This document shows, piece by piece, positions 11,092 to 24,200 of a stretch of 64,000 bases of DNA. A model generated the notes under the pieces. It was not told where the DNA came from. It did no database searches and saw nothing but the letters and a program-made list of their open reading frames with translations. Every line of letters starts with the position of its first letter. Within the stretch, counting starts at the first letter, position 1. Position numbers and translations under genes: made by a program. This stretch comes from Thalia democratica (Eukaryota), in NCBI GenBank assembly GCA_965202585.1, contig OZ241826.1, positions 71,610,001 to 71,674,000 of the forward strand, in the 5' to 3' direction.

Positions 11092-12007
11092 TTTTCGATT
11101 TAACGACTAAATTTATTTAAAAATATTCTGTCTAACAATGACTAGGTTTATTTTAACTTATTTGCTTAGAAACTTTAATACAAATTGAATTTATGGTATA
11201 ACAAAATTATTTCACCTCTTAAAAAAAGTGGTTAAAATATTGATACATTACAACTAAATAACTTCCAGATTAAAAAAACTAAAACATTTTTAAATATTAA
11301 AGTTGTAAAAATAATTTGCTGTTATAATTATATAAGTATTTCATTTATTAAAAGAATAATAAATTTTCGAAATTCAAAAATATTCAATCAAGTTAACTCT
11401 ACAATAGCGTCAATAAAATAAAATGACTCCACTTTTAATTTTTCTACTAAAGCAATTTTAACATTTTTTGTTACAAAAATTTTATTTAAAAAAAAAAACA
11501 TAATAATTTCTGTTTAGAAATTTTATTCTTTTAAATATTTATATAACAGCACAAAATTGCTTCACAAACTTTTGAATTTTATAGGGCTTAAAAAGATTTA
11601 AGACAAATGAATTTAGTTAGAATTAAGTTCAAATAATAAATAAGATTAAAATAAAAAAGTCCATAAAAATACTGCAATTTCACCGAAGTATTTGAAAAAG
11701 CTATACTTATACACATAGCATGCATTAAACAAAAAAATATAAAAACTCATGACAGTAGAAAACAGATAAAATAACTAACAAAAATTTCCTAAATATTTTA
11801 CATAAGTAAATATTATCTGCTTAAAAAAGATATTTCAAAACATGATACTTCAACTTGAATTATTTAAAATATCAAAAATCAATTGTGTATAAAGTTCAAA
11901 AGAGTTAGAAGTAGGTACTACTATTTGACGTGTGTAAAAATAAATACATATAAATGTAAACTAAAAATGTTTCAAGAATAGGAACCAAAACAATGTTTTA
12001 TAATTTT

Positions 12008-13411
12008 TTACTTAAAGCATGGCTGTACAATTTCATCCCAAGCTTTAACCCATGTTCTGCCTCTAAATCTATCAACTTCAAGCCTGAACTTGTTGGCCTT
12101 TGTGCTTTTAGCCTCTGTCATATCAACTAGCAAATCACATATTTGCTGTTTGAGCTCATTGGAGTTTCTAAAAACATAACCATTTTCACCATGGCGCACT
12201 AGCTCATCTAGACAATTAAAATCAAGTGCAAGAACTGGAAGTTGTGAGCCAAACATGTCAACAACTTTCATTGGGAGGTCCAAACCACTAGAAGACGAAT
12301 GCAAACTCACACCATAATCTGATGAAGCAAGTATCTTGGGATAATCATCTGCTTCAAGCCACGGAGTAACAATCTCAACATGATTCCAATTTTTTGTTTC
12401 TATAATTTTTTTGTAATAGGCCTTTTTAGGTCCTTTACCAGTAACAACACAGAGCACATCAGGCAACTTGTTTGATGTTATTTCACTGTTTTCTGCATCA
12501 AACTTGTCTAAAGCATCAATAAGAATTTGAAAATCTTCATCTTCAGTCCAACTGGTACTGCTAATTAAAATTACAGGACATTTTTTCCTACGTTCAACTT
12601 CATCCTTTTCATTAACAAAAGTAATTTTATTGTTAGACAGTTCATCATTGCTTTGAAACTGGGGATAGTTTTGAGCAAGTTTTTCAAACAAATCATGCTT
12701 CTCTCTCAAAGATATAGGTTTGAATAAGGGCCCTGGTCTATCATGCATAACTGATGCACTTATTTTCCAGTTTCTATACAGATCATCACACATAGCTTTT
12801 GTTACACACAAATTAGCAGAAGAAAGTTGACCCAATAATTCTTCATATATTTTAGAAGCTCTTACCAAAAGATGATCAATTCCTAATTTCAAAGCAAGAA
12901 TGGAATAGCCATAGTTATGCCAATCAATAATCAGTTTGCTTCTATTTACCATAGAAAAAAGTAAAGAAACTAAAAGCCCAGGAATGCACGGGGGATTTTG
13001 AATAAGTATGTACTCAGTAGGACCAATATTAAACAGTGTTGCGGACAAATAACATGCTTGTAGTATAAACTTCTCAACATATGCTATTACTTTTGGGCGA
13101 GAATTTGAAACAACAATTTCTTTCACATGAGCCTGTTGAATTTTTTCACAGTTCATAATAGAGCTGTGAGGCGTTGATCCTGCAAAACCAACCAAGTTAA
13201 CATCGTAATTGTGAGACGCAAGAGAAAGTGCATGGTACTGCATACGAGGACTTCTTCCAATATCACCCAAAACTACCACTGCCACTCTGTTCTTGCCCAG
13301 TTCAAAACACCATACTATAATTCTCCAAACAAATACTACTCCAAAAAAACAGGCAACAAACTTAACCACCAAAAACAAGAGGTAGAATATCAAAGTAAAC
13401 AATGTTATCAT
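12008..13411 (-). CDS. ALG1: Chitobiosyldiphosphodolichol beta-1,4-mannosyltransferase (GT33), 467 aa, single exon
   Basis: Uninterrupted ORF with an N-terminal hydrophobic anchor and ALG1 motifs VVLGDIGRSPRMQYHALSLA, IQNPP, IIDWHNYGYSIL, SSTSWTEDEDF, VTGKGP, GVSLHSSSSGLDLPMKVVDMFG and ELVRHGENG. Confidence 0.96.
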   Translation of the reverse strand: MITLFTLIFYLLFLVVKFVACFFGVVFVWRIIVWCFELGKNRVAVVVLGDIGRSPRMQYHALSLASHNYDVNLVGFAGSTPHSSIMNCEKIQQAHVKEIVVSNSRPKVIAYVEKFILQACYLSATLFNIGPTEYILIQNPPCIPGLLVSLLFSMVNRSKLIIDWHNYGYSILALKLGIDHLLVRASKIYEELLGQLSSANLCVTKAMCDDLYRNWKISASVMHDRPGPLFKPISLREKHDLFEKLAQNYPQFQSNDELSNNKITFVNEKDEVERRKKCPVILISSTSWTEDEDFQILIDALDKFDAENSEITSNKLPDVLCVVTGKGPKKAYYKKIIETKNWNHVEIVTPWLEADDYPKILASSDYGVSLHSSSSGLDLPMKVVDMFGSQLPVLALDFNCLDELVRHGENGYVFRNSNELKQQICDLLVDMTEAKSTKANKFRLEVDRFRGRTWVKAWDEIVQPCFK

Positions 13412-14432
13412 TTAATACTGTTTAAAATAACTGAAAAATGTTTGAAGTGCAATTTGAAAACAGTATAACATTAAAAAAACTTGAATTGCTTTATTTACAT
13501 TACGTATTGTTCAGTTATAACTTTAAATTCTTAAGAACATATAGTCTAATAACAGCAGTATAATAACTAGAATGAAGTCTAATGAAACAAATCATGATCT
13601 ATAATAAATAATTATTAATAAAGAACAAGATTTGCATATTTAAGTATCAAACTATTATTATAAGTATTTTTAAGATTGTAAAAATGACTTTCTTAAATAA
13701 CATATAACTTCTTGACTATTTTCTAGCAGGAATAGTTTGCTTATAGTAAATCATGTATAGATAAATATTTACAAATAGATGTTGTTTGTTTGTAACATTT
13801 AAAAAAATTCTTACTTTAATTAAAGGTTTTTTTGTATTTAAATAAGAAATTAATTAAAGAAGAAGGAAAACTTCAGTATAGACTGTACAGTACATTATAC
13901 TATTAAAAAGATTTTTTTTGTATCCCTTTAAAAACCAGCCAAATACTTTTTTAATTTTATAAAAGTTTATTTATTTTTTATAAAGATAAATCATACTCAA
14001 GTTTAAATGTTTACATTTAGTCAGGAAACAAGTAAGGACTATCTATAACTTTTCAAAATTAACAAGCTAAAGTTTAATTTTTAAAGCATTTTTTATTATG
14101 TCTTTTGGATTTCTGAATAGTGATAATCATATTTTAAAGAATCAAAATTAATGTTACATTTACTTGTAAAACTGGACAGTATCTACCAAAATGTATTAGA
14201 AAAAAAATAAAGCAGCTTAATAAAAAGAATAAGGAAATTAGTTACCACGATTTTTATACTAGTCATATTAGTTTAAGAATTTTAAAATTTGTCAAAATAT
14301 AGCATATTTTTAGATTAAGTAGTACAATATTGAGACTTGTTATTTTATTTCTAATACAAAATCAAATTAAATAATTCTAAGCTGTATAATACCTAAACAC
14401 AATATAAAAATATTTTATAATATTAAAAACCT

Positions 14433-14434
<2 letters not shown>

Positions 14435-14468
<34 letters not shown>
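14435..14468. repeat. (AT)17 microsatellite
   Basis: Directly visible perfect dinucleotide run. Confidence 0.95.
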
Positions 14469-14471
<3 letters not shown>

Positions 14472-15426
14472 AGTTTAAATAAAACAAGTACCTTGTTGTT
14501 ATTTTATACAACAATATTTTATTGGTTGGGTTTTATTCAACAAACATACAAGAAATTTCAGTATAAGTAAATCTATATAGATAGATACATACTTATTTCA
14601 GTTTTAAATTATTATTTTTTAAATCTTATTGTATAACAACAGAGTAGCCTGAGGGACCAAAAACTAGCCTGAGTTTATTAAAATTCTCCACAACATTTTT
14701 TTGCCTACAATGCGATTCTTTTTAAGCTAGAATGCATTGTGCCCATGAAATATATTTCAGTGTGCACAGAAAACGTTTAAGATGGAAATATATGCTTAAA
14801 TGTTTGCAAAACCTTCTTGTTATATTTTATACTAGTTTTGATATATGATGCGACTATTAACATAACTAGACCTTTGATTTTTTTTCATCAATTAAATTTA
14901 AATAAAATAAGCTTCTATGCACAAAACATGTGATTTAAAAAAATTTAGGTGTTCAGAACCATGGCTTTTAGATCATTATATTTATATGTTATTTATAAAT
15001 CACTGAGAGCAGTAACATAAGTATATGCTTTTATACTTTTTTTTTACAAAAATATATGAAAAATATTTCTGTTATAATTAAGTAGACGCTCTACGTTAAT
15101 ATATTAAATTCTATATAACATTTCTTCTTCTGTCTAGCTCTACTGTAGAGCAACATATAAAAACTAAACTCAAGATTGTAAAATTAACAAAAAAGGAACA
15201 GCAGAAAATAAAATAAATATAAGATACCAAAATATCAAAAAATTAATCAACTCAAACTCATTTACAACATTACAAAAACTAGCCTGCTTAAAAAAAAAAT
15301 CAAACTAGCATGAGAGTGTGGCAACCCGGTAGTAAGTAATACATTTTAAAGTTAGAACAAAATAAATTAGTTTTATAAAATGTCTTGATAATTTTTTTAT
15401 GTTTTCTAATTTAAGTTTAAACTAAG

Positions 15427-15868
15427 CAGGGTGGCTACTGATTTTAGAAACATCTTCCTAATTTTCTGACTTCTTCCAAGCTTTTATTGAAACTTTTTTT
15501 TGTGTCTTTTTGTAAAAAAAAAAGATTAAAAAAAATGTTTCTAGTAATATAAATTTATGGAAAAGATACTGTAATAAATTGTTTATTGAGTTACAAAAAC
15601 AAGCGCTCAAAACGTTTTATCCAAGAACCTGGTGCACAAAAAAACCTTTTGCTTACCCACGTTACAATGGATACAGTTTAATGTCTTATCCAGGACAGTA
15701 ATGCTACTTTCAATATGTTTTATAATAAAAACTCTGAACAAAAAAAAATCAGATATCATATAAATCTTATCTAAATTTCATCATTTCAAATATTAAAATT
15801 GTTCAAATTTCTATGCATTCCAGGTTATTTTTAAAAAGTATCAAATTTCAAGTAAAATGGGCAACCTG
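15427..15868. mobile_element. Degenerate copy of the CAGGGTTGCCA-family MITE
   Basis: Left end CAGGGTGGCTACTGATTTTAGAAA matches the 16811 copy, and a putative right end TGGGCAACCTG is present. No TSD is recoverable. Contains the short structured repeat at 15575. Confidence 0.45.
15575..15696 (+). repeat. Short dispersed repeat, copy A
   Basis: Aligns with 28705-28830 and 60665-60757 (GCGCTC..., CTGGTGCAC..., GGATACAGTTTAA..., TCCAGGA). Confidence 0.7.
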
Positions 15869-16095
15869 TAAAAAGGGCTACTTAAGAAACATATAAATTT
15901 CTTGTTAAGATAAAAAACTTATGTAGTATCCACCAAAAAAACTGTAAAGCAGAGTTGCCAGAATAATAACTTTGAATAAAAGTTTACTTGTTTTAATTTA
16001 GAATGTCATGTTTGAATAACTGTGTCATTTGTTCTTAGAAATCTGGCAGATATGCTGTAAGTAAACATTTAATTGCAAATATAAACAATAGTTAA

Positions 16096-16781
16096 GGCCA
16101 TAGGGGGGGGGGGTAAAACATGTTTTTTATAAGTTGATCTTATTTTAGAGAGTTTTTTTTTGGCTTGAAGATGCTTTTTATCGTTTTGTAAAATTCAAAT
16201 TATTTTTTGAGATATGACCAGTCAAAGTCGGGCCGCATAAGAGGTTTCCTATGGGAAGGGAAAACTAAAACAGCGAAAAAAGACTACTTTATTTATAATC
16301 TATCTCCTCCTACATTTTTGAAGCAATCTTCTTCAAACTTTTACAGTCTAATCATTTTACAATAAAAAAAACATTACTTTGGAATTAAAAAAAAAATTTG
16401 TAAAAATATTTTTTTTTGAAAAAAAAACACTTTTTTTTTAAATTTTTGTAATAAAATTTTTATTTTTTTACATTATACAAATTCTAAAATAACGTTTTTT
16501 CCTTTTAATATAAGGAACATTTCCTGAAAATTTGAAGAAGATTGCTTGAAAAATGAAGGAGGAGATAGATTTTTAGTGAATTTTTAAATTTCCGAGAAAA
16601 TTGACCCCCAACAATTTGCGGTTCGTATTGGAAACTTTTTACAAAAAATAAAATATCTCAAAAGTTAAATGATATTTTTGAATTCTATAAAAACAGGCTT
16701 GTAGTTTGTATATAAAGCTTTCATATAAAAACCAAAGTTACTTTTTGTAAAAAAAAAATCAGACCCCTCCCCCCTATGGCC
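16096..16781. mobile_element. Kolobok-like MITE (TTAA target, GG...CC termini)
   Basis: TTAA|GGCCATAGGGGGGG ... CCCCTCCCCCCTATGGCC|TTAA. Also has an internal inverted repeat of about 45 bp (about 16300-16345 vs 16525-16570). Purine termini argue against piggyBac. Confidence 0.8.
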
Positions 16782-16810
16782 TTAAGTTTAAAAGTTTGAA
16801 GACATATAAT

Positions 16811-17117
16811 CAGGGTGGCCACTGATTTTGAGAAATTTCTCCCAGGTTTTTGAAAGTACTCGTTTTTGGGTCTATTTTAAGTTAAAAATTAAGTTTAAGG
16901 TAAAAACTGTGTTAAAAAGTATAACAGCATTTAAAAGATACTGTAAAGCTACTTTAAATATTTTTTTATAAAATTTCTTTTGATGAATACAAAATATTTT
17001 AATCTTTTAACATATGAAAATTGTTTAGAAATGTTTTTTCTGTAATTTTTAAACAAAATTCCAGTTAGTTTAGCCTAAATTGTCAAATTACAGGTTTTTC
17101 CAGAATATGTATCCTTG
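16811..17117. mobile_element. CAGGGTTGCCA-family MITE
   Basis: Left TIR CAGGGTGGCCA and decayed right TIR TGTATCCTTG. Flanks TATAAT and TATGAT (5/6-matching 6-bp TSD). Internal homology to 866-1195. Confidence 0.75.
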
Positions 17118-18135
17118 TATGATAGAAAACAAGCTATTTTTGAATCTTTTGTATTAAATCTATTAAAATTAATAAGCCTTATTTGACAAAAACTAATTTA
17201 ATTTTGTAAAGACTATAAATTAACAAGCTTTAGTAGATTAGGTAAAAACTAAAAAACAAAACAATTGTAAAAAAAAGGTAGGTACCCTTGAAATGTTAAA
17301 TAAAATCAATAACTCTTGAGTAAGAGGAAGTGAAAATTTGCTATTAACATTAGGTTTTTAGTAAGTTAAAATTTATAAAACTAAAAACTAAGTGTTTGAA
17401 TTTATTTAAGGTTTTTTGCTTGTCTTTTTTTAAAATCATAGTTTAAAGATTAAAAAAATCAAAATTTTAGAATCTTAATTTATTAACTAAAGCATAAACT
17501 TTCAAAATAAAATATATTGTAGTTTTTTTCTAAGATCAAAATGTATTGAAAGATTATTAGAAACTAAAAGTTATTTTATTTCAGTAACTGCTTATGTAAA
17601 AATTAAGCTTTACAAAAGAAAGAAAATCAATCAGTTTCTTATCAACCAAACCTTTTATTTTAGATTTACATTAAATTAATGTCTTATAAGTAGATTCTGT
17701 ACATACTCAGAAAAGAGTTGTAGTATTTCAAATATTATTGTTTTGAAATGATATCCAGCATGATGTGGAAATGAGCTTTGAGCTTTATTATGGTTTTTGG
17801 AATGGTTTTGTTGTTTAGCAGAGAGTTTTACTAATATTTAGAATAAAATTTATAAATACTTAAAAAAACACTTATACTCAGAAGACTTAAAATAAAGTTA
17901 AATAAAACTTTTATATCGTTATCAAAAAAGTATAAACTTTAGTCTTCAAATTTGAAAACGTTTTGAACTTTATCTAAGTAGTAGACTATGAATTAAAACT
18001 ATCAAAATATAATTATTTTAATTGTTTTATAGTTACAACTTTCTCAAAGTCTAATAAAAGTTTTTTTGAGATATTTATTGCTAAATATTAAGAAAATAAA
18101 GATAACTATACAGCTTTTAATGTAAATAAACTAAA

Positions 18136-18638
18136 CAAAAACGGGTCACAAATGCTCTTAGCGTCACTTTTGCACGAGTTTTATATGTTATAACTTCAAG
18201 ATGCTTTCCGAAAAAAAACTTGCTTTTTCACTTGAAGCTAGACTTTTTTACTGAAAAAGTAACGCTTCGTGCATTTCTCACGACTAGTCAAACTAAACAG
18301 TTTTATTTTGTTTAGTTAAAGTGTAAATCTATAATGTTTTTATATGCTAGTATTGTTAAATAAGTGTTTGTCAGCTGAAAATACAAGGCGCTTCCAATTG
18401 GCTTAATTTTTACTTTTTTCTATTAGAAGTTTTAGTTAATAAAATTTCTTTTTAATTTATTTTTTATATGCTTGTGTAAGGTAAGAAGGGTTAGGGATAA
18501 AGATCGTAAAAGTAGTTAGGGGTAGGATAGGGTTTATATGTTATCAATATACTGCTGTATTATTAACATATCTCATTTGCATAATGTTATCAATTAAAAG
18601 ATTTAAAAAATTTACAACTGCAGTTGACCCAATGAGTT
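18136..18638. mobile_element. Decayed relative of the 10053 foldback element
   Basis: AAACGGGTCA...TTTTGCACGAG at the left, TTGACCC at the right, and GGGTTAGGG/TTAGGG motifs at 18488-18521. No TSD found. Confidence 0.35.
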
Positions 18639-18864
18639 TTGTTTGTATTGTACCCTTTTAAGTTGTTTTTACTATATGCAAAACTCTAAAATATATGAGA
18701 AGTAAGATAATTTTTGTTTTAAAAAATAAACAAATAAACACCAAAAAACCTAACTTTCTTAAGTTAAAGATAATAACATTTCGAAAGGTTATAGTTTTTG
18801 ATTTTGTTTAACATTTATTTTTTATTAAACCAAAAGTAGTATGCTAATTTAGTGTTGACCACAC

Positions 18865-19288
18865 GGTTACATGACAATTCAAATTCGGACAACTCAAATT
18901 CCGTCAGTTCAAATTCTTAAAAAAATATTTAAAAGACTATATCTCGTTAAGTAATATAATTTTGACAAAAACAAAAAATATGTATGTAGATCTTATTAAT
19001 ATCTACAAGCCACTTTTTTCATATTTTCAAAATCGAAAATACTTTTAAAGATATTCTAAAATTACTAAAAACTACTATGTTTTTTACTTTATTTAACTTA
19101 TATCTCAAAAAATATTTAATGTTTTGCGAAAAGAAAAAAGTGGCTTGCAGATATTAATACAACCTATATATATATTTTTTATATTTGACAAATATACATT
19201 ACTTTTTTATTTGTGACTGTTTCACTTTTTTTTTAAGAATTTGAATTGTCGGAGTTTGAATTGTCGGAATTTGAATAGTCGTGCACCC
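18865..19288. mobile_element. Foldback MITE (MULE/Merlin-like) with 8-bp TSD
   Basis: Perfect TSD GACCACAC (18857-18864, 19289-19296). TIRs with tandem AATTCAAATTCCGAC-like units, plus a second internal inverted pair (ATTAATATCTACAAGCCACTTTTTTC / GAAAAAAGTGGCTTGCAGATATTAAT). Confidence 0.85.
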
Positions 19289-21282
19289 GACCACACAAAT
19301 GTATTTTTATAACAAAGTGCTAAACTTAAAATTTTGAAATATATTCAGTTGAGCCAGTATACTGAGTAAATTTAAAATGGTTTGAATCTGTGATTACTTT
19401 TACCTTTAGATTCTGCTGAACTAAGTTTAGTTGATATTTGTCATTTGGTTAAACTTAGTGTATTGTAGGTTAGTTTTGTGTATGTTATACTTGTTTAAGA
19501 TTAACTAGTTTTGGTTTGTTGACAAAAAAAACTTACATGTGTAGTTATATTAGTATGCAAACGTTTGTATTTACTTATTTCTAGTTAGTCAGATTTTGTT
19601 TACTACTTTTTTAAATGGAACTTATTTAAAAAGTCTTTGTTTTAGTTTTTGACTTGTTTAGATTTGTTTTAGTTGAACTTTATAATGTTTAGATGCTTCA
19701 GCTTTTTTAAAATATATATTTTCATTAGTGTGATTACAGTAAAATAGTTGTATATTCATCTTCTTTAATTCTTTCAATTTAAAGTTTAAAAACTAAAACT
19801 GAAGTTTATTAAAGTTTGTACAGTAAAAACAAAAAAAAAAACTGACTTGAACGACCAACTAAACTTAGCTCTTAGGATGTTAGTTTGATGAACCCTAACA
19901 TAAAAATGTAACTTACGTCATAAAAGTTTAATAACTTTGAAACAGTTAATAATACTTTAAAATTTTAACAATTAATTTGTGCGCTTTTGTTTGTATTTAA
20001 TATTTAAATATGCTGCTAAGCTAAATTTTTCTGTGAAATAATTGTAAATTTTCTTTTAATAACTAAAAAAAAAAACTCTTATAAAATTTTTGATTAAAAA
20101 AAGAAAATTTTATTTATTCTTCTATTTTTTGAAGTATTTGTTCTTATTTAATACTTTTTTTCTTACTTAATATTAAACATTTGTTATTAATTAATAATAA
20201 TATCTCATTTAACTACTTTTAAATTTTTTAATAACTTATATATTTTATATAAGGGAATAACAGTTATGGTTAAAAAATCTAAATAAGTAAGCAAAGTTTT
20301 ATAACACTGTTATAAATAAACAACAAAATGTAACAGAATTTTTTTTTTAATTTAAGTAAAATGTTTATCTTGTGTATTAAGCTTCAGAAAATATTTATTC
20401 AAAGAGTTTTAATTTCAAAAAGATATGAACTGTGTTTTTTATTATTTATAGATAACTCATTATAACAAATACATTAATTTTTTTTTATTATAACAAATAC
20501 AATAAAATAATCTACTTACGTGATCTTATATCTGCTATTTACATTTTATGCAATACAAATTAAAAGAAATATTTAGGATCTTTTGTTTTGGATACTGAAA
20601 AATAGATTGTTTAGTAACTAAATGACTGTTATTCATTTAAAACTTACAGAAGTAGTTCCAATTTATGAAAATTTAGACCGATGATACAATCAAAATTTAC
20701 AATACGTTCTAAACTAAAATTGTTTTAAACCAAAATTGAACTAAATTTCAAAGTTAATAAAATTATATCTGTAAACATTTACAAATAAACATGAGTTAAT
20801 GTAATAAGTTAGTATGTAATAAGTTAATGCGATTACTGGTATAAAAATTGATGTCTTTTATAGTAAATCAAAGTAAGATTTACGTAAGTAAGTTAAGATT
20901 TTTATTTTTTGTTGTTATATACTTATCGTGAAAGTTAAATGTGAATAAGTAAAAATAAAACAAGTAACTAGTATTTTTTAGAGAAAAGACAGTTTTAAAA
21001 ACTACTAAGCTATACATAAATTGCAATATAAACAGTATAAGCTTATAGTAAAACCATTTTTGATATTACGTTTCACTATGTTACTATTATTTGTTTACAA
21101 ACATGTTTGTGGAATTTTTTTTGTAGGTCAACTTTTATAACAAAAAATGATTTTAATCAAGCTAACAATGAAAGGAAGTGTTTTAGTATTTAAAAAACTT
21201 TATATGATAAAATTTTTCAAACACACAGACATTATTCAGTATTTTTACTGTATAAAAGTTAAAAATATGATAACAAGGATTA

Positions 21283-24200
21283 TTAAAAGCAAAGTGCACC
21301 AACACAGTCTTCAATGTCTATTATGTTGTTTCCACTATCTACAAATTCCTCATGTTTTTCTTTTAAACTTCTATGAAAATTACTTACTATGTAGTTAGCT
21401 TCAGTACTATTGAAGTTATACCTGTCAAGTTTATTTCTTATAAAATTTGTAAATGATAAAAATAAGTTATAATAATTTTACGGTTTATTTTGAGAGCGGT
21501 TTATTCGCAAATACCCAAGCTTTTGTAGTTATTTATAATTTGAAAATACTTAAAACAAAAAAAGATATCTTTTTTATTTAAAACATAAATAAAGTTTAGA
21601 TAGATGTTTATATAGATAGATAGTTGTTTTTGAAGGTTTATTCGACAGTAAATTAAAACTTGATTGTACGAAAATTTTTTTTAAATAAAGTTGTCTATAA
21701 ATTCTAAAGACAGTAAAAAGTAATTGATCCACTTCCGGTAAAGAATGTACTATTTGGTAAAAAGTTTAAACGTTTGTACGCTTTTAGAGATAAGTTTTAA
21801 AATGTTTTCGATGAAAAAAATAAAATGAATTAAAAATGTTTTAAAGGTTACAAATTTTGTAATAAACCATTTCATTATAAAGTTTTTTTTTAGTAGCAAA
21901 ATAGTACTTTAAATTTTCAACAATAAATAGATTTGATATGAACCTTGTATCAAGCTCATTTAAAACTTTTTATGCTAGCATAAAATAAAATTGTCATAAA
22001 ACATAATATTTTCTATTCTTACAACTAACTGTATTTTCATGATCGACAAGTCAATAAAATATGATGAGTTGAATCTCACAAATGTATTAAAAAACACTTG
22101 ACTCCGAAAAAAGTCTGTTTCATCGAAAAATTCCCAACCCTCATCGAAATCTTCCATTGATTCCTCACCAAATAAACTTTTCCTTAAACCGAGGAGTTAT
22201 AAATTTGAATAAGCATTAGTTTGTAAGAATATAAAATTTCTTTTTGAATTAATTGTGTTATACAGCAAAAAATAAAGAACTCATCACGAAATTGAAAGTA
22301 TTACAAATATTTATTTTGCTATTTTAGAACGAACTTTTGGAAAACTTTTTAAAACTTGTTTTGTTCATTTAAAGTTACAAAAAAAAATTTGATTTAAAAA
22401 GTTTCTGATGAACTTCTAATAAAAGAGCTTTATAAATTTTTTAGAGCTTAGTAATCTTTTTGAAGTTAGTAATTTAGAAAAAAGGTTATTTTAGTACTTA
22501 AGTATAAAAAACGTAAATCTTTTTACATGATGTAAATTTAACTTATTGTCTTTTATTAATGTCTATAAACATGCTAGTTATTTTTTCCTTTAATACTATT
22601 ATGCTGTAACCCACCGCATAACCATACATCCGTGCTTTCTAGCAAAATGCTTCAAGTAGCTTTCGTGATCGCAATAATGGACGATTCCGTTGTTCCAAAT
22701 CAACGTTGCTATCACTTCTAATGGATCGTATCCTTGCAACCCCGGGATATGTTCTGTTATTTTGTTGACTATCCCATCACAGTTTAGTCCAACTCTTGCG
22801 TCTAGCTGACGTACAAAGTCATAAACGATCTCGTAGTACTATTAAGCAAAAAAGGAAGTTTAAAAGTACATCATTTAAAATAATATTTTTTTAAAAATTT
22901 AGTTTTGTCATTTTGGAAGTTTTTGAAGGAAACATCAAATTAAAAAAGTATGTGAAAAATGTTTATGTAAATATATTACTGATAATTTTTAAATTTTATC
23001 TTAATTTTGTTTTAGGCTCATAATTTTTCACAAACTTAATCATATAAAAGTTTTGTAAATTAATTTTGATAAAAACTTATCATTTTCACTTGATCGTATT
23101 TATTATGTTAAACTTTTGCTTAGAAAAATGATTAACATAATACCATTACTTTTGTGACAAACAAATTTAATTTTGACCTCACTTAGAAACCTGTCATATG
23201 GAAACTGAGGCCTTAATTTTCTTTTAAGAAATTTATCTTTAAGGAAAAACTTTTCTGTCGTCTCTTTTATATTTTTCAAAAAGTAATGATTACTAGTAGG
23301 CATGCTCAACCAAGGTTTCAACCATCTTTCGCTCAAGTAGTTGTGATTGTCCGAAGACTTGCAGTGCTGTTTAATTTATAAAAAAAAATTCTAAAGAAAT
23401 TTTAGATGTGTTGCAACAAAGTTAATATCAAATCTTCGCTCGTATTTTGTTGTATAACTTAAACAAATATATTTTGCTTATATTTTTTATTCGAACAAAA
23501 ATACAATTACCTTTTTTTTGTTATATTTTAAGAAGTTTTATTAAAATACTAATTCGTTTTTGTTGTACTTTCGTAAAATATTTTGTATTTAGAATTAATT
23601 ACAAATCAATTTGAATTTTAAGTTACAAAAGTATGATAAAAAATAACCTAAAAACAAAATTAAATTATTAATAATACTAGTTTTTAAAACAATTAACATA
23701 CAAACAAAGCCTTGTGGTTTATATATTCCGTGAACCTTGTGTGCGGTTCAAGCAACTTTCTCAATGTGCTTTTATCTGCGAGATATTCTCTGACCAAAGT
23801 GGCCATTAAAGTTGGAAACATGAAATGAACGTGGTTGTGGGCATTACCCGGTGCATAGAAAGTCAACTGGACCTACATAAATAGTTTAAAAAAGTTTTGG
23901 TACATGTATAAATAAGTATAACAATTTTTTAATACTTAACAATAAAGTTAAACTGATAAATAAATCAGCAGAGTAATTATTTACTTAAAAGTAGTTTAAG
24001 TTTTGAACTTAAAGTTGTTTTTATTTACACAAGATTACGAGTAAACTGTTTTTGTTTTTATATTCATGTTTATTAGTGTAAATCTAAAATGAATGTTTTT
24101 AATGTTAATACACAATAATGTTTTTTCTTTATAAAGCAAGTTTTAAAAAGAAACAAAATTGATCATAAAGTATTTATTTAAAACTAAAATATTTAGCTTC

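Noticed and set aside
21700-21975. Alternative last exons for the LOX-like gene
   Set aside because: They give immediate stops or no LOX-like C-terminus; exon 21283-21421 fits both phase and motif.
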